64,000 nt of DNA from assembly GCA_045533905.1 (NCBI GenBank), contig JAZSIR010000001.1, positions 7,617-71,616 on the forward strand, given 5' to 3'. The notes below the pieces were generated by a model. That model saw nothing but the letters and a program-made list of their open reading frames with translations, was not told the origin of the DNA and did not search any database. Positions 57,201-64,000 of the stretch are shown here, piece by piece (positions within the stretch are counted from its first letter, which is position 1; each line of letters starts with the position of its first letter). Position numbers and translations under genes: made by a program. The stretch comes from Clostridia bacterium. GTDB lineage: Bacteria; Bacillota; Clostridia; UMGS1883; UMGS1540.

Positions 57201-57943
57201 AGAAGGACATCTTCATCCATCGCGCCGTCACCGATCACAAGGTCACTTGTAACAGAAAGGCCTTCGAGGGTTACATTGCCGGTGCGGAGCACCACAATGC
57301 CTGCAAGGTCTTCTTTATATGTACCTTCTTCTGTGATGTAGGTACGAATGGCATTGTGCATAAACTGAGCAAATTCCTCGCGCGTGATGAGAGCGCCGGG
57401 ATTTACATTGCCGAGATCGTCCCCGTTTACATAGCCGCGGGAAACAAGAGCAGCCATACCGTCCTTCGCCCAATCGGAAATCTTGGCGTTATCGCCGAAC
57501 TTTGCAAGACTTTCGTGATTCGTGCTTTCCAGAACGAGGACACGGGATACTGCCGTGAACACTTCTTCTCTGGTAATATTATGGTCAGGATGCATCAGGG
57601 TCGCGCTGACGCCCTGCATAGCCCCCATCTTGACTACCTTTGCAATATAGTCATAATACCAGGCTGCGCGGCTCACATCCGAATACCCGGAAATATCTGC
57701 ACGCGTTTCCGCCCCGAAGGCACGGACTATAATCGCGGCAAATTCTGCTCTTGTGAGCTTGCCTGTCGGTCTGATTTCTCCGTTCTCATAGCCATTCAAA
57801 AGGCCATTGTCGACGGCTGCCGTCATAGCCTCTTTTGACCAGCCGGTCGGAAAATCCACAAACGTTGCCGCCTGGACAAAGCTTGCGGGGATGAGCGATA
57901 ACAAAAGTACTGTCGCTACCACTAAACTAATAAGTCGCTTCAT
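51263..57943 (-). CDS. Giant SLH-domain surface protein of 2226 aa, with SLH repeats, List_Bact-type beta repeats and a long alpha-helical region.
   Basis: Signal peptide MKRLISLVVATVLLLSLIPASFVQA and three SLH repeats. Internal repeats of about 110 aa occur two to three times (GYTFSWKYENGDPVL.. / GYTFNWKYEDGTAVL.. / GYTFLGWF..). The helical region is more than 1000 aa. Confidence 0.75.
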   Translation of the reverse strand: MKRLISLVVATVLLLSLIPASFVQAATFVDFPTGWSKEAMTAAVDNGLLNGYENGEIRPTGKLTRAEFAAIIVRAFGAETRADISGYSDVSRAAWYYDYIAKVVKMGAMQGVSATLMHPDHNITREEVFTAVSRVLVLESTNHESLAKFGDNAKISDWAKDGMAALVSRGYVNGDDLGNVNPGALITREEFAQFMHNAIRTYITEEGTYKEDLAGIVVLRTGNVTLEGLSVTSDLVIGDGAMDEDVLLKGIKVEKRLLARGGTITIQNTTLGENVVVNNVNGVTPFMNYRDEAVFTGLLEKTRASFLAKPGSGGAGSSWITIYVDNVTKAVRAGSKIESISYEDRLGYTFSWKYENGDPVLPETVLTAGMKIFTNYALNVYPLHFVDADGATPFAYYKDGYTAPVSFTVENQSTIVLPQNDNVERDGFALDGWQTLSGTPVTALAVTEDLTTTEGLTLKAVWIDGPITIYVDDVEKKVAKGSVIESLTFADTLGYTFNWKYEDGTAVLAGTVLTSGMKVYSNYTLNTYPIHFMDADGTTPFAYYKDGYTAPANFTILNQGTTVLPADENIERLGWRFLGWKDASGADVTELAVTADMTVAEGITLRAVWEKIPYRVVFKNMDGTAFTDFVTGFTPGVDFDIETAYTFPELDKVHRTGYTFLGWFMRVENGGNVSYVPYDATLAVAAGMGTTVDVYADFEIITYTVHYNATFVDGYVPTTEYTILNASITPLADFDKVVVSDPSQMMGGWILADGTEFTGFEVTDETPDVIELFPNFVPKPPVVVKFFRGYNEILNVKTSGTYVGGTLSEADLPDMTQFYKTGYSETASLASVYAGNEYTHKTEGSLWYVDDTNTLVPFTTEVVLTEDTNVYILLDSIAITALIRDMPEPLYVQAFYNASTRAMNSVKDMAKAGRQQLEKAITLDMIPRYDETKVQLIEKLSNAGLIDEDLNIKVSEISLPISTFVKRNTADSMVRQFVRDTVSDEAKLDNLFSMIDVADLAGTIDVSGLIGAMTDEELANLVKTEEFKPQIVNYIVTDLTATPSKMLSFVVNYLTTNGEFRTRIVNQLLADLQDVEKQSALKTSALTYLDGLLKTEGSDLQKRFVNTLITSLSNTAPEDPLRDFVIAEIRENGTIKTTIAEALIGDLAAGTASDAVVTYIKGSDELVNVICADLKSTSSVMMNTVLTEVKAAILDTTTSTGTNVRKAILMSSSLSTILQETTVKDMIATMLLADTFIDKVLANTAFRDALIDAVVANDAFIDALLHSTIFHDHVVDNLHHGDIKTDIEALLAGNTAFKTNILNRVKADTNFKLLISKPLPGQEPTDIRGAMRTEVLNSITFSAVVPNESALYAYICGQSGVDASAFEGFITQTEVEAMLSDLYDEMYATNPGIAAIYGSTNYAGANQQMFKDDLYTNSAARDEILATARSEFDAYKVEMLDALAAGNTITDAKINSIIEAKMVEYVEKYLTEDSSLNANVASVIEEILITCVGEIVKATNVESTDEIYTIKGHLETLKNVMLHDETKQDDIAAVIREFVSTNRAMAEGIVKQDANYSLLISKLVPMVQAAGSTVYGDVEKALIDAVTDGKVSTATMSSFIAGNCEGAEMKALIKTYVGGLTKEQIATNLTSMFNTVPNAKETLKTKLAAYIPTMSNTAITGYMATAVAENRTMVEGLLVTSVGTISLSDLNRYTAKFLGADSANVTLIRAELETFIADPAQASTLESMATTYINEDATPAEIATEVGGFIDNITAEFIHDNRALITEVLATFDLSSVINETLVKAYISRLEDKIAFADSVYTEISQTTEYDTLLTSLLTKKEFEINSGNLSMVIAIAGAIRSLSLDSALEQTDNAILSKMVNILGKDRINGFFTEIRDEYCDGLEAAIDRARNTGAPAKYTTSLTWKIDVINEIVVPIYEKAQAKAEEKIRDLGVRYDENIYLKYLVETSIVDSLLTYNPALRSETLTGYTVKDVMDYYDYIYATFLVADDALTWYGDDNNVTPTEFAAVYSALFDKADAAYAKIRELLEAFENDGTLPGRIDSLISQVSQISDLLSKNRAKLQGLVERYLGSRVDELILSGDIENNEKVQKLTDWIVGQEEPVITMDSLYTLFYQFEAKTQEALKKLIDSGKLRTAVNKFESTSLGELFAGRGGFGTLADRMDEIKNSGRVTGTVDSVYDLLCLIAEEGVEPFRVPETADDIATRDDFRVNFANITLRITRKLEF

Positions 57944-57957
57944 TGTGTTCTCCCTTC

Positions 57958-58668
57958 CTAATCCATATATCGGTTAATAAAATATGCTTTCTTTGCTTTT
58001 TTCTCATTCAGATATGCACTTTCAAGCTTATCTGCAATGCTTTCATCCTGTCCGCTTTTCTTTGCAGCCTCGCGTACCTCTTCCAAAATGGCATATACCA
58101 CAGCGTCACATTCATTTTCCCATGCTACCACCTGCGAGAGATACTGGTTCAAAAGCCTTTGCTTTGCACCTTTTTTCTCCTCCGGCGACATCGCAATGTA
58201 AAGACCTCTTACCTGTGCCTCTACCCCATCGAGTTTGCCGAGATACATATTCTTCTGTACATACAGCTTCGCGATGGCTTCGGAAACTGTCTTGTCCATC
58301 ACACTCGGCGTCGGCGATGCGGTCACACCCGGTGTTGGATCCGGCCCCTCCTCTTTCGGTTCCTCCTTGGAGGTGAGCCGGTTTACAATTTCCTCTTCCG
58401 TCATCGTGCCTTCCTCCAGCGCCTTTTGCTCTTCTGGCGTAAGGTCACGTACCACGATTTCTTTGCTGTCTATATATTCCTGCAGGTCCTCTTTTGCACC
58501 CTCCAGCTGACGGTCTATATCCTCCTGCGAATACCGGAGCGCATCGAAAAATGCCTCAATGCTGTTCCGGTTTTGATACAGAATCCCCAGAAGAATAAGG
58601 AGTACGACCAGCAGAATGCACAGTACAATTTTCAGAGCTTTTTTCATACTTTTCTCCTTTTTGGACAC
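57958..58668 (-). CDS. Membrane-anchored hypothetical protein, co-oriented upstream of the giant SLH gene.
   Basis: A single N-terminal TM (ALKIVLCILLVVLLILLGILY) is followed by a charged coiled-coil-like ectodomain. 15-nt gap to the next gene. Confidence 0.5.
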   Translation of the reverse strand: MSKKEKSMKKALKIVLCILLVVLLILLGILYQNRNSIEAFFDALRYSQEDIDRQLEGAKEDLQEYIDSKEIVVRDLTPEEQKALEEGTMTEEEIVNRLTSKEEPKEEGPDPTPGVTASPTPSVMDKTVSEAIAKLYVQKNMYLGKLDGVEAQVRGLYIAMSPEEKKGAKQRLLNQYLSQVVAWENECDAVVYAILEEVREAAKKSGQDESIADKLESAYLNEKKAKKAYFINRYMD

Positions 58669-58762
58669 ACCACTCCACTATTTAAATGTATTCCAATATA
58701 TTATACAAGGTTTCCATTCAAAAGTCAAGAATAATTCTACGAATTTACGCTTTTTTTATGTT

Positions 58763-58818
58763 CAAAAAAAAGCAAATCCCTTTCCCGGAAATCCGGGCGG
58801 GATTTGCTTGTTTTTTTT
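58763..58818. terminator. Bidirectional terminator (nested hairpin).
   Basis: A8, then gcaaatccc..cccggaaatccggg..gggatttgc, then T8. Confidence 0.65.
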
Positions 58819-58827
58819 GTATTTTTC

Positions 58828-60060
58828 TTAATCCGTAAGGTTATCAAAATAGCCCTGTACCAAAACAATCGGCGTGCCCTTATCGCCCGAGCCGCTCGTA
58901 AGGTCGCACAAGGAACCGATAAGGTCTGTAAGGCGACGCGGCGTAGTCCCCTGCGAGGCCATATTCCCGACAAGGTCGCCATCTTTTTTACGGATAGCAT
59001 CGGCGATGGCATCGTTTAAGGCCTTGCCGGAAAGATTTGCAAAATCATTGTCGGCAAGATACTTGAGCTTCAGCTCGTTCGGCGTACCTTCAAGCCCCTT
59101 TGTATAGGCGGGCGACACAACCGGGTCGGCAAGCTCCCAGATTTTTCCGATCGGATCACGGAATGCACCGTCCCCGTACACCATAACCTCTACACGCTTG
59201 CCGCTTGCGGCATACAGCTTTTCCTGGATAGTGTCTACAAGAGCAAAGCACTCCTGCGGGAAGAGCTTTACTGTGTCTTCCGTGGATTTATTCGAGCCTA
59301 AAAGCCCGTATCTTTCGTTAAAGCCGCTGCCGTCTACGGAAGTGTTCATAATTTCATCCAGGCCCAGAACCCGTTTGGCGCCTGCCGCAAGGAGGATGCG
59401 CTTTGTGCGGGCACGGGAGTGAATGTCGCAGTTTAAAACTGTATCGGTATAGCGAAGGATTACACGCGGGTCATTGGCCAGAAGGATTTCCACCTCGGCG
59501 CCGCACGCGCGGATGAGGTCTCCGTAGTAGCGGACATAATCCACACCCGTGAAAGGATGGGGATTTTCGCCAAAGAGCTCTCTGTATTTTTCTTCAGTCA
59601 GAACATCCGAATAGGGATTAATGCCGGCTTCATCAAGCTGGTCAAGCGAAACGAGTGCATTGCCGACCTCGTCGCTCGGATAGTTGAGCATCAGCACAAT
59701 CTTCTTTGCGCCCTTTGCAATGCCGCGAAGGCAGATGGCGAAACGGTTACGGCTGAGAATCGGGAAGATAACGCCAATGGTTTCACCGCCGAGCTTTGTC
59801 TTTACATCCTTTGCGATCGCTTCCACGGAAGCATAATTGCCCTGCGCGCGGGCTACGACGGATTCGGTTACGGCAACCACATCACGGTCACGAAGAGCAA
59901 AGCCTTCGGATTCAGCCGCTTCCAAAACGCTATTTACAACGATAGAGGCAATATCATCACCCTCGCGGATAATCGGGCAACGGACACCTCTTGAAACTGT
60001 ACCAATTTTTCTTTCCATAAAAAATCCCTCCGACTTCTTGACATTTCTGTCTACGCTCAT
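58828..60060 (-). CDS. CofE-like (F420-0:gamma-glutamyl ligase family) protein of unknown role.
   Basis: 410 aa. The N-terminal half (GTVSRGVRCPIIREGDDIASIV..VVAVTESVVARAQG) resembles the CofE/FbiB fold. Low certainty. Confidence 0.4.
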   Translation of the reverse strand: MSVDRNVKKSEGFFMERKIGTVSRGVRCPIIREGDDIASIVVNSVLEAAESEGFALRDRDVVAVTESVVARAQGNYASVEAIAKDVKTKLGGETIGVIFPILSRNRFAICLRGIAKGAKKIVLMLNYPSDEVGNALVSLDQLDEAGINPYSDVLTEEKYRELFGENPHPFTGVDYVRYYGDLIRACGAEVEILLANDPRVILRYTDTVLNCDIHSRARTKRILLAAGAKRVLGLDEIMNTSVDGSGFNERYGLLGSNKSTEDTVKLFPQECFALVDTIQEKLYAASGKRVEVMVYGDGAFRDPIGKIWELADPVVSPAYTKGLEGTPNELKLKYLADNDFANLSGKALNDAIADAIRKKDGDLVGNMASQGTTPRRLTDLIGSLCDLTSGSGDKGTPIVLVQGYFDNLTD

Positions 60061-60124
60061 TATAATACAAATATAGCTATTAGTAAAGCAGATAATTTTT
60101 AGAACAGTGATAAGGAGAGCTTAT

Positions 60125-61000
60125 ATGAAAGCAAAGCCGGATGCCTACCGCATTTTTTATGAAACGGCGCGTTTTTCTTCCTTTTCTGCCGCCGCAGAGC
60201 ATTTATACATCTCGCAGTCTGCCATTTCGCAGTGTATCCGTAATCTGGAAAAGGATTTGCAGACGCAGCTTTTTGTGCGCTCAAGGCGCGGTGCCGTACT
60301 CACGGCGGAGGGACAGCTTCTTTTTGAGAAGGTAGAAAGCGCGATGCAGGCGCTCGACCAGGGCGAGATGCTTCTGGCGCGCCGCCGCCATCTGGAAAGC
60401 GGCTCGCTTGTGATTGCGGCCGCCGATACAATTACAAGTCATTATCTCCTCCCCTATCTCGAAAAATTCCACGCGGCGTACCCGGGGATTCGCATTGAAA
60501 TGGCAAACTCCTATTCCTCCCACATGCTGCAGCTTGTAAAAGAAGGTGCGGCTGAGCTTGCTTTCGTGAACCTACCGGCTGAGGAGGAGGCGCTTTGCAT
60601 TGCCCCTTGTCTTGAAATCCATGATATTTTTGTTGCAGGTGCAGAATATGACGTGCAGGATAGCTATACCTGGGAAGAAATTGCGAAGGAGCCTCTTATT
60701 TTGCTCGAAACACATTCCTCTTCCCGCCGGTACCTTGACCATGCTTTTGCCCTTCAAAATATACCGCTCACGCCGCAAATTGAGGTGGCGGCACACGACC
60801 TTCTTATCCGTTTTGCCTCGATTCATTTAGGCGTTTCGTGTGTGGTGGAGGAATTTGCAAAAGAAAGCATCGCGCGAGGACTGATTCGTCCCTTGCCGCT
60901 CACGCCGCCCCTTGCTCCTCGTCATATCGGCTATGCACACCTTCGAAACACGCCGCTTTCCCCTGCCGCAAAGGCTTTTTTAAAGCTGATAAAAAAATAG
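60125..61000 (+). CDS. LysR-family transcriptional regulator.
   Basis: N-terminal wHTH (FYETARFSSFSAAAEHLYISQSAISQCIRNLEKDL..LFVRSRRG) and a LysR substrate-binding domain. Start at 60125 (RBS GGAGAG); divergent from the MATE gene. Confidence 0.8.
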   Translation: MKAKPDAYRIFYETARFSSFSAAAEHLYISQSAISQCIRNLEKDLQTQLFVRSRRGAVLTAEGQLLFEKVESAMQALDQGEMLLARRRHLESGSLVIAAADTITSHYLLPYLEKFHAAYPGIRIEMANSYSSHMLQLVKEGAAELAFVNLPAEEEALCIAPCLEIHDIFVAGAEYDVQDSYTWEEIAKEPLILLETHSSSRRYLDHAFALQNIPLTPQIEVAAHDLLIRFASIHLGVSCVVEEFAKESIARGLIRPLPLTPPLAPRHIGYAHLRNTPLSPAAKAFLKLIKK

Positions 61001-61033
61001 AAAAAGCGCCAAACTTTTGTTTGGCGCTTTTGA

Positions 61034-62398
61034 TTATGCCGCATACATTTTTTGGAATGCTTTTTTACGAACACAAAGGAAGCAAATGTAATGCACTATA
61101 ACAACAACCACCCAAGAAATCGGCCAACAGAGGAAAAGCATCTCTATAGTGTGGTGGAGAGGCAAAATGAGCGCAATCCACAAAAGACGCAGGCCGCAGG
61201 CACCCACGAGAGAGTTTACGGTGCTGAGGGTAGAATAGCCGAGACCGCGAAGCACGCCGCTCATGACCTCCATCATACCACACAGAAAATACGGAAGCCC
61301 CGTATAGATCATGCGAATAACACCGAAATCAATAGCCTCCGGCGAATCTGTGATGTAAATGCGAAGAAGCGGCCGCGCAAACAGGACGGTAATCGCACCG
61401 AGCAAGGCACCGACAACGCTTGTACACGCAAGAAGCGTGTACATGGATGTATATACGCGTTTTTCGTTTTTGGCGCCGTAGTTTTGGCCTACTGCCGTTA
61501 CGGTCGCCTGCGAGAAGGCGTTCATTGCCGTATACACAAACCCTTCAATGTTGGACCCTGCGGCGCCACCTGCAATGGCAGCCTTGCCGAAGGAGTTTAC
61601 GCCGGACTGAATCGTTACGTTCGCAACGGCAAACAGTGTGCTCTGAATCCCCGACGGCACCCCGATTTTGAGGATCTCCAAAATTTCCTCCTTATAGGCG
61701 CGGATTTTAGAAAGTGTGAGTCTGTACATACCGTTTGTATGAATAAGGGCATAAATAACGGCAAACGCAGAAAGGTAATTGGAAACGCCCGTAGCAATGG
61801 CAACGCCCACAACATCCATATGAAATACAATGACCAAAACGAGATTTAAAATTACATTTACGATGCCGGTGAGTGCCAATATGTAAAGGGGACGCTTGGT
61901 ATCACCCACCCCGCGAAGAACAGAAGCACCAAAGTTATAGACAAGCGTTCCGGGAAGACACAAAAAGATAATGCGTATATACAAAACTGCGCCGTCGAAA
62001 ACTCTTCCCTCGGGCGTACCCATAAGCCGAAGCATAGGGGCAGAAATCAAAAGACCTACCACAAGGGCAATCACGCCTACAGCAAGACTGAGGAATACTG
62101 TAGTATGTACAGCACGGCGAACGCCGGCCGCATCCTTCGCGCCATATTTTCTTGCCACAACAACGCCCGCTCCTATGGAAAGCCCGACGCAGAAATTGAG
62201 AACCAGTGTGTTTAGAGAGCTCGTGGCCCCTACCGATGCCATCGCATCACTTCCTGCAAAACGGCTGACCACAATAAGGTCTGCCGCATTATAGAGAAGC
62301 TGCAAAATGTTTCCCAAAATCAGGGGAATTACAAACCGAATTACATTTTCGAAAATAGAGCCCCGGGTCATATCGATTTCGCTTTTATGCTTTCGCAT
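61034..62398 (-). CDS. MATE-family efflux transporter.
   Basis: 12-TM protein with the MATE N-terminus (IRFVIPLILGNILQLLYNAADLIVVSRF). Start at MRKHK, which has a GGAGGGG RBS. Confidence 0.8.
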   Translation of the reverse strand: MRKHKSEIDMTRGSIFENVIRFVIPLILGNILQLLYNAADLIVVSRFAGSDAMASVGATSSLNTLVLNFCVGLSIGAGVVVARKYGAKDAAGVRRAVHTTVFLSLAVGVIALVVGLLISAPMLRLMGTPEGRVFDGAVLYIRIIFLCLPGTLVYNFGASVLRGVGDTKRPLYILALTGIVNVILNLVLVIVFHMDVVGVAIATGVSNYLSAFAVIYALIHTNGMYRLTLSKIRAYKEEILEILKIGVPSGIQSTLFAVANVTIQSGVNSFGKAAIAGGAAGSNIEGFVYTAMNAFSQATVTAVGQNYGAKNEKRVYTSMYTLLACTSVVGALLGAITVLFARPLLRIYITDSPEAIDFGVIRMIYTGLPYFLCGMMEVMSGVLRGLGYSTLSTVNSLVGACGLRLLWIALILPLHHTIEMLFLCWPISWVVVVIVHYICFLCVRKKAFQKMYAA

Positions 62399-62579
62399 CT
62401 TTTGCCCCTCCAAATTCGCTTGTTACACTTATTATACACCCCAAAATCAAATATGCAAGTGAAAACACGTAAAAAAACAATGAAAACTCGCATATTTTGC
62501 GACATCTCCTGCAAAAAGACCTTGCGACGCTTTTTAAAATATGATAAAATAAATGTATACCTAAGAAAGAGGGATAAAT

Positions 62580-63458
62580 ATGAAAGAGATACGGCTTTGC
62601 GAGGCATGTATGCATTGCCTGATTAAAAAATTTACCAAAGCATATCCGGATAGCATAGACGAGCGCACAAAGCTTTCGTATATACAGGGCGTACTCGCTT
62701 GTATCGCACGCGCCGATGTAGAAATGAGCGCGCCGGAGATTGTGCCGGAAATAGAAAAAGTCTGGGAAAAGCATTTTGGGCCGCAAAAGGAATTTGCAGA
62801 AATCAAGCGGCACTTTAATCTTTTGCTTCTCTCTATGGAAGATGCGCTTTGGAAGAAGATTTCCGAAAGTGACCGGCCCCTTCTCTCAGCTCTCCAGTAT
62901 GCGATGATGGGCAATTACATTGATTTCGGCGCTGTGGAAAACGTAACAGAAGAAGCCCTTCTGGGCTTTATGGAAGACGCGGAAAACATCGTGCCGGACA
63001 AGGCTGTTTTTGAAATGCTTTTGCACGATTTGGAAAATGGGAAAAAGCTTATTTATCTTACGGATAACTGCGGCGAAATTGTACTTGACAAGCTTTTTCT
63101 CCGCACCATTGTAGAGATATATCCGCATCTGGATGTAAAAGCGATTGTGCGCGGCTTCCCTGTTCTCAATGATGCCACGATGGAAGATGCCGAAATGATA
63201 GGTCTTTCGGATGTGGTGCCCGTTTTAGATAACGGCTCCCCCATTGCCGGCACGTGCCTCGGGAAAATTTCGAAAGAAGCGGAGAACGAGATTGAAGGTG
63301 CCGATATTATCCTTGCAAAGGGGCAGGGAAATTTCGAAACGCTTCTCCACTCGGGCAAAAATATATATTATATTTTTATGTGCAAATGTCTTTTGTTTGC
63401 CGAGAGATTTGGTGTGCCACAATATACGGGTATGCTCAAAAATGAGCGTCTTTTGTAA
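62580..63458 (+). CDS. DUF89 / ARMT1-like (damage-control phosphatase family) protein.
   Basis: YLTDNCGEIVLDKLF and GQGNFETL motifs resemble the DUF89 metal-binding core. Uncertain. Confidence 0.45.
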   Translation: MKEIRLCEACMHCLIKKFTKAYPDSIDERTKLSYIQGVLACIARADVEMSAPEIVPEIEKVWEKHFGPQKEFAEIKRHFNLLLLSMEDALWKKISESDRPLLSALQYAMMGNYIDFGAVENVTEEALLGFMEDAENIVPDKAVFEMLLHDLENGKKLIYLTDNCGEIVLDKLFLRTIVEIYPHLDVKAIVRGFPVLNDATMEDAEMIGLSDVVPVLDNGSPIAGTCLGKISKEAENEIEGADIILAKGQGNFETLLHSGKNIYYIFMCKCLLFAERFGVPQYTGMLKNERLL

Positions 63459-63472
63459 AAGGAGATGACGAT

Positions 63473-64000
63473 ATGCAGGAATATACTTGTGATGTTCTGA
63501 TTTTAGGCGGCGGGCCTGCTGGGTATACAGCTGCGCTCTATGCTGCAAGAGCCGGCCTTTCGGCCATCGTTGTGGAAAAAATGGCTGCCGGCGGGCAGAT
63601 GGCCATCACGCCCGAAATTGATAACTATCCCGGATTTGATGCGGGTATTTCCGGTTTTGAGCTCGGTATGCAGATGCAAAAAGGTGCCGAGCGGTTTGGT
63701 GCGCGCACGGTGCAGGGCGAGGTTCTTTCAATAGAACTTGAAAGCACTTTGAAGGTTGCCGAAACACGCACAGCCCGTTTTGAATCCAAAAGCGTAATTC
63801 TCGCCACGGGCGCAAGTCCCCGAAAGCTCGGCCTGCCGAATGAAGAAGCTCTTATCGGGCGTGGCGTGAGCTACTGCGCAAATTGCGATGGGATGTTCTA
63901 CCGCGACAAAACCGTTGTGATTGTAGGCGGCGGCAACACCGCAGCAGAGGATGCGCTCCTCCTTTCTAAAATTTGCAAAAAGGTCATCCTTGTGCACAGA
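63473..64000 (+). CDS. trxB: Thioredoxin-disulfide reductase, 3'-truncated by the window end.
   Basis: FAD motif DVLILGGGPAGYTAALYAAR, redox-active CANCDG, and the NADPH motif start VIVGGGNTAAEDA. Not in the ORF track because it has no in-window stop. Confidence 0.85.
   Translation, partial: MQEYTCDVLILGGGPAGYTAALYAARAGLSAIVVEKMAAGGQMAITPEIDNYPGFDAGISGFELGMQMQKGAERFGARTVQGEVLSIELESTLKVAETRTARFESKSVILATGASPRKLGLPNEEALIGRGVSYCANCDGMFYRDKTVVIVGGGNTAAEDALLLSKICKKVILVHR

Noticed and set aside
54710-58734. Several long plus-strand ORFs (54710..55774, 55826..56572, 57356..57838, 57943..58734)
   Set aside because: All lie antisense within the giant SLH gene or the membrane-protein gene upstream of it. 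Their compositions are Cys- and Arg-rich and they lack RBSs.
1-64000. CRISPR arrays, rRNA/tRNA genes, transposase genes of IS elements
   Set aside because: No spaced direct-repeat arrays, no tRNA-like cloverleaf candidates and no rRNA-like conserved stretches were seen. The mobile-element enzymes present are serine recombinases, not IS transposases.

Overview
64 kb of Firmicutes/Clostridia-type chromosome, probably from an organism with an S-layer (SLH proteins) and about 55% GC. It has three parts. (1) Positions 1-16602 form one tightly packed, same-strand gene block at lower GC (about 43-45%). It holds two polar-amino-acid ABC importers and two tandem DAACS-type symporters, each fused to a degenerate RsbW/SpoIIAB-like (GHKL anti-sigma-factor) domain, plus a partner-switching set and purine-salvage enzymes. 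The partner-switching set has two STAS proteins, a dCache-HAMP-PP2C phosphatase and a bona fide RsbW-like kinase, but no sigma factor. The purine-salvage enzymes are an HD hydrolase, DeoD, adenine deaminase and an SLH-anchored 5'-nucleotidase. I read this as a partner-switching system whose output is transporters rather than a sigma factor. (2) Positions about 16650-27575 are an AT-rich accessory island with a secreted repeat protein, a Cys-rich hypothetical, a promoter with a long leader, and a small ORF. It also carries three large serine recombinase family genes, one lacking the catalytic domain, and a 1365-aa multi-module 'polyvalent'-type protein. The polyvalent gene is bracketed by imperfect direct repeats of about 40 bp that duplicate the last 11 codons of the adjacent acyl-CoA synthetase gene with only synonymous changes. 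(3) Positions 27576-64000 are core housekeeping genes at higher GC. They include acyl-CoA synthetase, murA, VanZ, lgt, an M16 peptidase pair, cca, an MGDG-synthase-like glycosyltransferase, rdgB, a DUF1538/P-II/AEC operon, rpmB, mutL, spoVG, murC, LysR/MATE, a DUF89 protein and partial trxB. They also include a tandem pair of YjcZ-like tiny Cys-rich peptides and several SLH proteins, one of 2226 aa. No rRNA, tRNA or CRISPR array was seen.
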